Below are positions 20,318-31,287 of a DNA stretch of 64,000 nucleotides, piece by piece. Made by a program: the position numbers and the translations under genes. The notes beneath the pieces are model-generated. The model was not told where the DNA came from. It searched no databases and saw only the letters and a program-made list of their open reading frames with translations. The DNA is from Azolla caroliniana (lineage: Eukaryota > Plantae > Polypodiophyta), in the NCBI GenBank assembly GCA_043228905.1, contig JBHGNT010000016.1, positions 6,882,001-6,946,000 of the forward strand. The letters run 5' to 3'. Position 1 is the first letter of the stretch. Every line of letters begins with the position of its first letter.

Positions 20318-23300
20318 ACGTTCTTCTTCATCCGGGGTCAATCGTTGGGACACATGGTTGGCATCCCATGTCTGTTCAAAGGCGTGCACATGAGCTTCCA
20401 CGCCCGGATCATCTCTATACTTGGAGTATTGGAACGGCATGTCGTCGTCCGGTATCGGTGCGCGGGCTGGCAGTGTTGGTGCTCGTTCCGGAATTTTCTC
20501 TGGCGTCGGTGGTCTTTCCTGATTTGTTTCCGGCGTCGGTGGTTTTTCCTCTTCTTTTGGTGACGGAGGCCTCTCCTCTCCGACTTCCGGTGTCGGAGGT
20601 CGCTCTTCCTCTGATGGTTCCGGGGGTTCCAGCGTTAGCACTTCCAGTTCCAGTGTCGGTAAGGTATCCGATCCTTCATCCTCCGGTCCGCCCGGGGTTT
20701 CGTTGCTGCTACGGTAGTTTGTGCGCACGCTGTATTCCCCTTCGGAGTCCAATTCATATGATGAAAAGGCTTCTGCTTCGCCTTCTCCGTTTGCCAACGC
20801 GTGGAGAAGGTATTCGGTTTCCCGGAGGCTTCTTAGGATGTATGCACGCGGAAGTGAAGGAGCTCCGAGAAGCTCATAGTTCGTGGGAGGCCTTTGAAGA
20901 GGCGTTCCTACAGGCATATGGAGATGGCGAAAGAGCCAGGGACAACGCGACTTCGACCAGTGGGTTGCATCGGTGAAGACCCACTGGGGCGCAACGAAAG
21001 CATTCTGAGAGTTCAAGCGGCGGCTTGCTCGGCTCCCGGAGCGAGATCAAAGACTAGTGGGGGTGCACAAAGTCCTATTGTTCGTTAGGTCGATCGACCG
21101 AGCGGAATGGGAGCCATCGGAATTGAGCTCGAAGACGACGACAGAGCGAATGGCTTTACCAAGACTAGTCGGAAGTCGAACAGGTATGCCGACAGTTGGA
21201 TGAGGAGCAATCCGCGAAGGGAAAAAGGAAGATAGTGCGCGATGGCGTCTCATCACAGCATGAAGTAGGCACACAACAAGAAGGATTGGCAAAGATCGAT
21301 GTCAAAGCCTTGGTCCGGGAAGCGTACGAGGCTCTGAAGGCGATGGTTGACGAAGAAGAGAGATCTGGAACGCGGACGGATTCCGAAGACTCAGAGCTAG
21401 TCAGCCTTCCAAACAAGGCGGACATGGCCTAGGTAGAGGCCGAAGAATGGTACGATGGTACCATGGGAGAGGGTGTGGAGCGAGACGCCCTCTCTACTTG
21501 CGGAGAAAGACCGGCCGAGGAGGAGGTCGGGAGCGGAGAAGAGCCCTCCATGCGGATTCCAGAAACTCCGGCAGTCGAGCCCATGTGCCGACAAAAGACC
21601 GGAGAGATGGAAGGCGCCAGCGAGGAGTCCTAGCACCATGCCAGCGAAGATGGATGGGAAACGGCCTACGAGGAGGTCGAGGATGGAGCCGTGGAAGAGA
21701 AAGAGGAAATGAGAGCTGACATCGAGGGGAGCGGAATCGGAAGTCGACCCGACCGGGGATCGAATTCATTGGCATTCCAATTCGGTTGGAGCACGATCTG
21801 GATGTGGATCATTCGACCTAGAGAGATGGGAGTTGGAGGTGGGAGCACAATAAGGAGGTCAACGACGAGTTCGAGAGAAGTACATCGGATGCGGTGAAAC
21901 GAAGACCGGTCCTATGGGTCACCTCACACCGGGCTAGAGACTTCGGCGGTCGGCATCAGATTCGATGTAAGACCAAGATACTGACGGTGGCGGCAAGAGA
22001 ACGGAACTCGGCAATGCAAAGTGACGGGCAGACCTGGATGAGAACCGGGCAGGGTGGACTTCCGGATAACCGATCCGGAAGGGTGGAGGAAACAGGCCTA
22101 CGGGGAGGCCGAAACACGGTACATCGGTACCACTGGAGGGGGTGTGGAGCGAGCCACCCTCTTAACATGCAGAGAAGGAAGACCCAGGATAGGGTCGGAA
22201 AGACGAGAGGCCCAAGGAGGATCCTCCACACCGGATCTAGAGACTTCAGTAGTCGGCAACGGAGCCGACGTAAGACCGAGAGACTGACGGTGGCGGCAAG
22301 GGGACAAGGGCAAAGGCAGCGATGGGGCGGTCCTATGACGATCCTCACACCGATCCGAAGACTCCGGCGGTTGGCCCAAAGCCGACATGAGACCTAGAGA
22401 GAAGGACGGTGGCGGCAGGTGAACAGGATCAAGCAAAAGGGCCGAAAAAGAGCGGAAGGAGGTATAAGGCTAATGACACGACCATGAACCGGATAGAAGG
22501 ACGAAGACCGGATGCGCTTGGTACACGAGTCAGTTTCTTGACGGATCGGAGGCTCGAGAAGGATCCTCCACACCAGATCTAGAGACATTGGCGGTCGGCA
22601 CTGGGAGCCGACGTAAGACCAAGATACTGACGGTGGCGGCGAGGGGACGAAGGCCGTAGTAACAGAGGCACCGACCAACCAAGGCATCGCGAGAACAATG
22701 AAGGCCAGGTGGGAGTAGCAGCACGGAAAGCTGCCAAGGACACCCCAAGTGGGGAGCGGTGTGTCAAGCCAAAAAGGGCACACCCGGAAGCGGATCAGGA
22801 GACGTGTGTGTGGTCATCGAGGGTTGAAGTAAAGCACAGGTACGGGATTGTGTTCGGCACAGTCAGTGCCTAGCAAGGAAAGTGGAAGATGGCACACGGT
22901 GGTGTCGGGTCGGAAACTGGGCGCGGGATAGGCTGCACAAGTTGATAGCTGGAAACAATATCGGTGACCGAAGGAGGATCCTCCACACCCGCTTCTAAGA
23001 TCTCGGCGGCTCAGTCGGAGTGGCAACGACTCACGTAGCAAGCCAAGCCCGAGATAACAAGCTAGTAGGGGTGAGGGGACAACGGCAAGTGTACGGAGAT
23101 AACAAGCTCGTGGGGGCGAGGGGAGGACGGCAAGTGTATGGCGTCGAACCAATTGCAGTAGTGCGGAACGAAAGGGGCCAAGCGGACTGACACGGGGTGC
23201 TCCTCGAACACGGAGGACACCAGTATGCGGAGAAAGGACAAGTGATGACGCACGATCTGGCTGGGCAGGGTCCAACGAAGCGTGCATGGAGAAAGACCAT

Positions 23301-24027
23301 AGTTCGGCGCGGGTGGTGCCGAGTGGGGGACGGTGGACTGAGCCTCCTGCGGGGCGTAGTCTAGGGTTATGCGGCACACAGAGGTGCGTGGACGAGGATA
23401 CGGGCGCGAAGACAGATTGCTCAAGTCGGTAGCCTCAAAAAACATCGACAGCCCAAGAAGGATCCTTCATACCAATTCTGGAGACCTCAGCAGTTCGGCC
23501 GTCATGGCAATGTAAGACCGAGGAGAAGGAAGGTGGCGACAAGGGGACAAAGGCAATAGCAAACCACAGCACTGAAGGAGTAATCAAGGCATCGCGACGA
23601 TCGGCGTAGGCCAAGCAGGCCACTATGGGGTGTTCCTTGGACGCGGAGGACACTGGTATACGGGGAAGCAAGGAGCGTACGTACGGTCGATCAAGGGCCA
23701 CTGGACGAGCACGTCTACGAGAAGAGCTCACGGCGAAAAACCTATCGACGGGTCGAACGAGCCTATGGAAGGCAAGCGAGGAACGGAGAGAGACAACACA
23801 CCGAGGTGCTCGGGACGAGGACACGTTCGAACCAAAGGAGGGACACACACGACATGCGAGGCGCGGAATCCGGCGTACAACCGGAGCCAACGGTTCGAGA
23901 CCTACAGAGGCCAACACGGCAGCCGGAATGAGGATTATGGAAGACCAGTTGCTCACTACAACCGGAATCTCTCACACTTTTTCGGATTTGGCACGTACCG
24001 GTGGATGTGCGGTTTGGTGGGGGCGGT

Positions 24028-24652
24028 TGTCGTGAAGATTCACGACCATAGTGAGAAAACCGGAGAAGTTAGTGGCATCGACGATGTGAATCATGTGCAC
24101 TTACCCTTGTATAAAACGTGTGAATAATAGGGGTGCCTTTATGGCGCCAACTAGGAGTTAAGTCGGGACAGGGGATCCCATGTAATAAGGGATATTTATC
24201 CCAAATTGTTACGCCACTCCCTCCTTGTGCTGTAAAAGGAAAGGAGGGTCTCTTGTGAAAAGGTTGCCCATTTTGAGTTAGGGGGTATACCATTAGGTCC
24301 AAGGTATGATCATTTTTCTTCTTCTTACTTTCTTGTTTTCCGTTAGGGTTCTTCGAGTTCTTCTTCTTCGTCATGTAGGTTGAGTCTTCGTGTTTGTTTA
24401 GGGTTTAGTCTGGTGAAGAGCTTGTATGTCCTGTGGGGTTTGCTTCTACCCGGTCTCCTATGCAAGACCCCGCTAGGCGCAACGAGCCCGAGAGCTCCCC
24501 GATCGGCAGCTTGGCTGCAGACTGCTGTTGTAACCTAACCTACCTTGGTCTGGCTCGAAGCCGGGGTTGTATCTTGCTCTTGTACATTTTTAGTGAAGCA
24601 TTTGTGCATCTGTGCATTTGGATTTGTGTTTGCGTCTTCAGAGTTTCTTCTT
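24028..24652 (+). repeat. 3' LTR of B1 (truncated by the DNA transposon)
   Basis: TGTCGTGAAG after the PPT; 24461-24652 matches 5421-5610. Confidence 0.88.
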
Positions 24653-24705
24653 GGGTGAAAGCATGCGAGTGGAAACAATTAGCTATGTCCTTGACATAGC
24701 TAATT
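24653..24705 (+). repeat. Terminal repeat of the DNA transposon, with an internal 13-bp perfect hairpin
   Basis: Matches the reverse complement of ~35850-35901; AATTAGCTATGTC-CTT-GACATAGCTAATT at 24677-24705. Confidence 0.85.
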
Positions 24706-24949
24706 ATCTATCCAAAAAGCTACCATTGATAAATAGTCATTTTTGCAAAGAGCTACCATTGATAAACTAGCTATACAAAAATCTACCATTGAAAATAGTA
24801 GAGAGTTTTAATTATATAAATGAGCAACATAAATGTGCAACATAAATTGATATGCGCACCATAAATTATAGACCGAATTCCTAGGTCCATTATGCATGAT
24901 CCTTTGCCACATCACGTGGGACATCTTTGGTTGAGTATTCTAGCTTAGA

Positions 24950-25900
24950 TTACTACCACTGTTGCTAAACCCTATTGAGTCCTCTCCTCCATTGCCGACA
25001 TTCTACACTCAGTTACCAGCACTATGTGGTCCAAGTATCATCTGCCACTGTTCGATCCGATGGAGTTCACTCCTCCATTGCCGCCATTCTGCACTCAGTT
25101 GCTGCCACTGTTCAGTCCAAGCATCATCTGCCAAGTTCACTCCTCCATTGCCGCCACCGTACACTCAGTTGCCGCTACTGTGAAGGTCGTATATTGCTGC
25201 CACTTTTCGCTCCGACGGAGTTAACTCCTTCTCCACTGCCGCCATTCTACTCTCAGTTGCCATCACTGTGTGTTCCAAGCATCATCTGCCACTGATCAAT
25301 CTGACAAAGTTCACTCATCCATTGCCATCATTCTACACTTAGTTGCTACTGTTCGGTCGTGTATTGCTGCCACTTTTCGATCTGAGGGAGTTCACTCCTT
25401 CTCCACTGTCGCCATTGTACTCTCAGTTGTCGTCACTGTGTGTTCTAAGCATCATCTGTCAGTGTTTGATCTGACGGAGTTCACTCCTCCATTGCCATCA
25501 TTCTACACTTAGTTGTCGCTACTGTTTGGTCCTGGATTGCTGCCACTTTTCGATTTGACAGAGTTCACTCATCCATTGCCATCATTCTACGCTTAGTTGT
25601 CGTTACTGTTCGGCGGTGTATTGTTGCCACTTTTCGATCCGAAGGAGTTCACTCCTTCTCCACTACTGCCATTCTACTCTCAGTTGTCGTCATTGTGTGT
25701 TCCGAGCATCATCTGCCACTGTTCGATCCGATGGAATTCATTCCTCCATTGCCATCATTCTACACTCAGTTGCCCCCATTGTTCGGTCCTAGATTGTCAA
25801 AATTGTTCGATCAAACGGAGTTCACTCCTCCACTGCCGCCATTCTACACTCAGTTGTCACCACTATTCGGCCCTAGATTACCGCCATTGTTCGGTCTTGG
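24950..25900. repeat. Degenerate minisatellite (~60-75 bp units, core GAGTTCACTCCTCCATTGCCGCCATTCTACACTCAGTTG) upstream of the transposase
   Basis: More than ten visible tandem copies. Confidence 0.9.
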
Positions 25901-26054
25901 ATTTGAATAACTATTATGTCTATTGATTATCTTGTGTATTGTTGTGTATAATCTTGTGTATTGTGGAATATTTTTGTGTATTGTTGTTGCCCATAGCCAT
26001 CTTTAATACGTGTCTTTTTTTTGAGAAAATTAGGGTTTAAACTCGTCAAGCCAA

Positions 26055-29000
26055 ATGGAAGGGGAAGGAGGGTGTTTAGAATTACCCCTCAATTATCATC
26101 AGGATAGGGATGACGCTATCAGGACACAACAAGCGATACGAAAGTATTGGGCAGAAAAAAGAAAAAACATCGTCAATTGTTGAAGGATACGAAAGCCACA
26201 CTCACAAAAGTTAAAGATAGTATTGGTTGGGATATAGGTCTAAATATCACTGAGAATGGAAGTAATGAGACTTCTATCATAGAGAGAAAGGTTGTAAACT
26301 ATTTCAATGTTCAAACCAAGCACATCAGCAATGAAGACAAGAAGGTAGTACTTTATGGAATATTAAATGATCCATTGATAAAGGAGTTAGTTGATTGTGA
26401 TGGTCTTAATGCAAACATAACATCTGTACTAGTAAATAATCTCCGTAATAGTTTCGTATCCATGAGCAAGTCAAAAGATGATCTTGTCTTAAAAAGGTCT
26501 AGTCTAATGATGTTACTTAGTAGTGATGTTGACGATATTAACATTAGTGTGCTATCTAAGGTAATTGGTGTTAGTAGAAAAAGTGTGTACAATACATTGA
26601 ATTGGATAGTTTCCTCGGGTGAAGGAACTAGTCTGCTAAAGCTAACAACAAGATGTAAGCCAATGACACCCATAACATCAGAAATCAAGGATATAATCAC
26701 AATATTTTGGACTAATGAGAGTAGGGTTTCACCCAATAAGAAGGATTTATGCAGGAAACGTGTTGGAAGGAGTCAATACGAGGAGCATCCCATTCATCTT
26801 CTTGATGTACCTCAGGTATTTACATTTATCTCAACATTAGTTTTGACTTTTGAGCTTAGTTAGTTAGCTTATTAGCTACCTCTGAATATGACCATATACC
26901 CAAATTGCTATTTACCTACCTCATTTACCTACCTCAGAATATGACCATAGCTAACTAGCTACTAGTAATAGCTAATTAGCTCCCTAAGTATATCGAGCAT
27001 AGCTATTTAGCTACCACAATAGCTAATTAGCTACCTTTAACAATAGCTAATTAGCTACCATAGTAGCTATTTAGCTGCTTATGACTATAGCTAATTAGCT
27101 ACCAAAGTAGCTAATTAGTTGCTTATGACTATAGTTAATTAGCTACCAGAATTGCCAATCCCCTATTGGACTAGCTAATTAGCTACTCAACTAAAGTATG
27201 GTAGTAGTTAATTAGCTACCACTTAGCTAATTAGCTACTCAGCTGAAGTATAGTAGAAGCTAATTGCGACTCAGCTAAAGTATAGTAGTAGCTAATTAGC
27301 CATTATAACTAAAGTATGGTAGTAGCTAATTAGCTAACACTTAGTTAATTAGCTACTTAGCTAAAGTATGGCAGTAGCTAATTAGCTAACACTTAGTTAA
27401 TTAGCTACTCAGCTGAAGTATGGTAGTAGCTAATTAGCGACTCAGCTAAAGTATGGTAGTAGCTAATTAGCCACTATAACTAAAGTATAGTAGTAGCTAA
27501 TTAGCTACCACTCTAATTAGCTATTGTACTAAATTATGGTAGTAGCTAATTAGCTATTGCATTAAACTATGGTAGTAGCTAATTAACTACCAGTTAGCTA
27601 ATTAGCTACTCAACTAAAGTATGGTAGTAGCTAATTAGCTAAGTGGTAGCTAATTAGCTATTGTACTAAACTATGGTAGTCGCTAATTAGCTAATATACT
27701 ACACTATGGTAGTAGCTAATTAGCTACCACTTAGCTAATTAGCTACTCAACTAAAGTATGGTAGCAGCTAATTAGCTACCACTTAGCTAATTAGCTACTG
27801 TACTAAACTATGGTAGTAGCTAATTAGCTACCACTTAGCCATAGAGCTAATCAGTTTGTCCATTTATTACACAGGTCGATTTATTTATTAGGTTCAGGGG
27901 AATGCATCCAAATATCAAAGTTCAACTACGAACATTCGAGTCTCTTAAGCCACACTTTGTGGGAAACTTGAAGGATCGATACACATGTTGTTGCATTTAC
28001 CATGTACAAATGGGTTTTCTCAAGGACTTTGTTAATCTACTACATCACCATAGCGCCTCCCTAACAAATGCAGTTTGCACTTGTGTGTGCCCAATTTGTC
28101 AATCGAGCCCGCATGAGCATTGTAAATCATCTGAGCATGTTATCTCTTCCATGAGTTGTCTTTTAGATTCAGTATTGTATCCTACAGAAACTGAGGCCAT
28201 CTTCCACAGTCATAAATGTGTCATGGGTTTATGTCAAGATTATGGCCCTAGTAGATTTAGGTGGTGTCCAAATTAATTGAGTAGTGAAATACTAATCTTT
28301 GTCAAGTTATTTGGGTCAGTTGACACCAATTTCGAAGGAAAGGTGTGTAAAATAAAGGATCTAGTTAGGAAGTCGCTTAAACCAAGGGATTTGGCGTCTC
28401 TATTTGTAGTATCTCTAGGAAAGTTCATTAAACACAACTTCATTTATTCATGGAAAGCCCATCAGTTTAAGACTTGCATATCTGATTTTCCAAATGATGT
28501 AGTAGTCTCAGTACTAGATTTTGCAGAGAATTATACTTTCAACCAGCAAAATGAAATTCAATCTATGCATTGGTGTTCAGCGCAGGTAACCATTTTTGTG
28601 CACATAACATATTTTCGAGTTTCAAGTGATGTTAAAAAAGTAATTCATTTTTTTATTTCTGATGATAAGAAGCATGATACCTTGTTCGTCCAACATTGTT
28701 TTAACTTACATTGGCAATGGCTATTAACTAAATGTTTGGAGCTTACTCAACATTGGGTCTGATCTGATGGAGCTGCATCACAATTCAAGGCTAGACGTCC
28801 ATTTTATTTTGTGGGGAGGTATCCTGCTATAACAAGTTTGGAGATGAGATGGAATTTTTTTGGGTCTGTCCATGGTAAAGGTGAACATGATGGTGCAGGT
28901 GTTGTTATAAATCGGGCACTTACCCATGAACAACTAAAGGCAGATGGTGTGCAGATGAATTGTGCAACACATGTAGTTGAATTTTTAAGAGCTAATATGT

Positions 29001-29715
29001 CAACAAGTGCAACTGGTGTTTTTTCCTCGCAAGTCAGAGATATCAAATGTGAATTTTGGGAAGTGAAGATAGATGAAGTAAATAGGGAGAAAACCTGGGA
29101 GTGCCAAGGAATTCCCGAATTGCGATCTCTCCATGTTGTTCGCGGTTATTCTAAGTTGGATGGTCATTGTATTGTGGTTAGAGAATTAACTTGTTTTTGC
29201 TTCCATTGTGTGCAGGGAAATTGGAGGTATTGTTTAAACAAAGCATATATTCAGAATTGGGAGTATCATACATTGAACGATAAGGAAGTAGTTGATGGAG
29301 AAACAGAAAAGAATGTTGACTTCATATATCAAGGACGTGGAGATACTTTGAGTGATGTCTTAAATGTTGGGGATAATTTCGTTGTAAATGCAGAAGAAGG
29401 CAATTCAAAGGTGTTGATTTCTATATATTGAAGTGCACGGTTAGTAAACAGTGTGCAACGCAGAATATATTAGATGCTTGGGGAAATGTTGTATCTACCG
29501 AGACATTCTACATTGAAGGTATTTTTTATGCAAGACTAGATGATTATAATTATGTGTATAGGCTATTAGAAGACAAACCAGTGGCGTACATGTACTCTCA
29601 TTTGGTCAAGTGCATCAATGTCCAAATGTCGCAATACAATAGCTGCTCAGGTTTATACACAGTTAGTGCTAATGTGTATGAATGTATTTACAACAGTATG
29701 CCATGGAATTTGTAG
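26055..29715 (+). pseudogene. Sola2-like transposase, two exons (..26815 / 27875..), with nonsense codons and frameshifts
   Basis: A phase-0 GT-AG intron joins LDVPQ|VDLFIRFRGMHPNIKV in frame. Cys-rich region and DDD triad present. Stops at 28274 and 28760; frameshifts near 26170 and 29430. Confidence 0.85.
26816..27874 (+). repeat. Transposase intron made largely of tandem TAGCTAATTAGCTA palindromes
   Basis: CAG|GTATT donor and ACAG|G acceptor; dozens of copies of the 14-bp palindrome between ~26950 and 27850. Confidence 0.9.
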
Positions 29716-30099
29716 CTACAAGTAGCAATTACCAGTTTTCTTGTAAAACAAACAAAGCACATGTATTGCAAATAAACAATTTAATGGACCTGTTTGGGAG
29801 TTTTTTTTTTATATACAGTCTATTTTTTGTGCTTCTTTCTCAACAAAATCGTGTGTCATTTTTATATACAATCTTCTTTCTTATATACAGTTTAATAATA
29901 TCGTTTAGGGTTCTTCTTTCTTAGATACAGATTTACTCAAGTGAACCATGTACAAGTTAAAATAGTTTGCATAAATGTAAGAAAAAGCACTATCATGAAA
30001 TCGGCAATCCTAAACATACTCTTAAAATTACATAGTAGATAAGTTACTCAAAACAAGCAATTTAATTCTTTATTGATTAAGTGGTAGCAAATTACATAT

Positions 30100-31064
30100 T
30101 TATAACATCCCATTGCCAATGTCTTGAAATCGCCTATAAACAGCTAAGCTCTTGCTAGTCAGTGGAACTTCTCTACATATATGATCTGCATACCGAGCTC
30201 GGTATAGAGTCCACAACCATGTAGCTAGTTGGCAGCTCAATGTTTTCACCAAATAGTGTTCAAGCATTTCATCGGGTAGGATGAGACAGCATTTGCGAAT
30301 GTTGAAGTAATGTCGGAAATGTTTTGTATCCAGAATCAGCGTATTGTCGACATTATAATCTAGCCAAGTGTCCCAAAAATCAGAAAGTCTTTCGAATCTT
30401 GAAACATCATTCTGCTCACAATTCTCTTGTGTCCACTGACCCTTGAAATGTTGTCGCCACTTCAGGAAGAATCTTTCTACACACTTCCACACATGTGTAC
30501 GTGGTTTTTCGCTCCAAATAAACAAATCAAAATATTGCACAGCCCACTCCAGAAATTGATTTGCGTCCCTCCTTGGTGTCATATATCGCACACTCATCAG
30601 GACTTTATCAAACTCCAAGATCAAGGCTCTTCTTTCGACTTCTAATGGTTTAGGTTTCCATTCCTGTAACTGAGCCTCTGTTACACCAATTATTGGTAGC
30701 ACACGATCAATTTCAATCAACTCAGGTTATGTCGGCACAATTGGTGTCCTTTTCCTCTTCAAACCCCTGGTCGACTGTGTTGGGCCTGGCTTCACATTCT
30801 GGTGCTCTTGTGTTGTCGACTTAGTCATTGGCTCAGTGCATGTAGATACTAATATGGTTGATATCAGCCCACTCGTATCACAGGCGACATCTACCTGCAA
30901 AATCAGATCATCTATGCAATATGCTTGATCAACTTGCGTGACCAAATCATTTGTGTCAGTTGCTACATCTACTTTCAAGATGTGGCCCTCTAAACACGCA
31001 GCAACATCAACAGTTTCCACACCGCCATCGGCCTTAGGCGCAATAGATTCAAACCCTTTAGACT
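30100..31064 (-). pseudogene. Last exon of a gene encoding an FCP1/NIF (HAD, CTD-phosphatase-like) domain with a degenerate active site
   Basis: LILEFDKVL ... RRDANQFLEWAVQYFDLFIWS ... WTQENC ... YNVDNTLILD ... N...LILP matches the NIF pattern. ORFs 30727-31179 and 30100-30720 share a frame with one TAA. TGCAG acceptor at 31065-31069; NLS-like KRKR. Confidence 0.7.
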
Positions 31065-31287
31065 CTGCAACATCAGAAAACACAAACATATTCATCAACA
31101 GTCTCACAAAACAACATAATGAACATGAAATATTTTCCATCATAGAAATATGAACATAATTATCTTGGAGAAACATCATAGAGTTCCATTACATAATGTG
31201 GATCAAGCAACAACCAATTTGAGGTTTTACTTGTCCAAAAGATCATAGTAAAACTTCATAAAACCCTAGGAAAATCGCTAACAATCA

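Larger units (their letters stand above)
6058..20835 (-). mobile_element. Ty3/gypsy element 'C' (Athila-like non-chromovirus with extra 3' ORF); 5' LTR deleted; hosts B2
   Basis: gag with CCHC knuckles, PR (IDGG), RT (LDGFSGYNQI, FLDD), RH (VDAS, YASRKL), INT (KWGLDFVGP), extra ORF and 3' LTR. No additional archaeal-type RNase H is seen. The 5' boundary is approximate. Confidence 0.9.
9603..20835 (-). pseudogene. gag-pol polyprotein of element C (single frame, six nonsense codons, interrupted by B2 at 14683-20317)
   Basis: ORFs ending at 9603, 10089, 11040, 11610, 12333, 12597 and 14292 share one frame. Removing B2 plus 4 bp restores DEEER-SKIAEFG. Confidence 0.9.
5421..24652 (+). mobile_element. 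Non-autonomous gag-only LTR element 'B1', split by element C (6058-~20835); 3' LTR cut by the DNA transposon at 24653
   Basis: Truncated 5' LTR 5421-5842 matches the LTR at 24028-24652. Trp PBS follows; gag 5881-6057 resumes at ~20840 (MHAEVKELREAHSSWEAF); non-coding interior resembles B2; hairpin and PPT at 23991-24027. Confidence 0.85.
24653..31280 (+). mobile_element. Sola2-like DDD DNA transposon, copy 1 (5' TIR present, 3' end lost at the copia junction)
   Basis: GGGTGAAAGCATG terminus inserted in the B1 LTR. Transposase motifs DFAENY..QNEIQSMHW, SDGAASQFK and HGKGEHDGAG. The 5'-GRG terminus fits Sola2 as I recall it. The right boundary is inferred. Confidence 0.75.

Noticed and set aside
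20243-21016. 257-aa minus-strand ORF as a standalone gene
   Set aside because: It is a chimera of antisense B1 gag, C gag N-terminus (EERPPTPE repeats) and B2 LTR across two junctions.
26950-27850. CRISPR-like appearance of regularly spaced palindromes
   Set aside because: The spacers are themselves repeated, there are no cas genes, the context is eukaryotic, and the array lies in a GT-AG intron.
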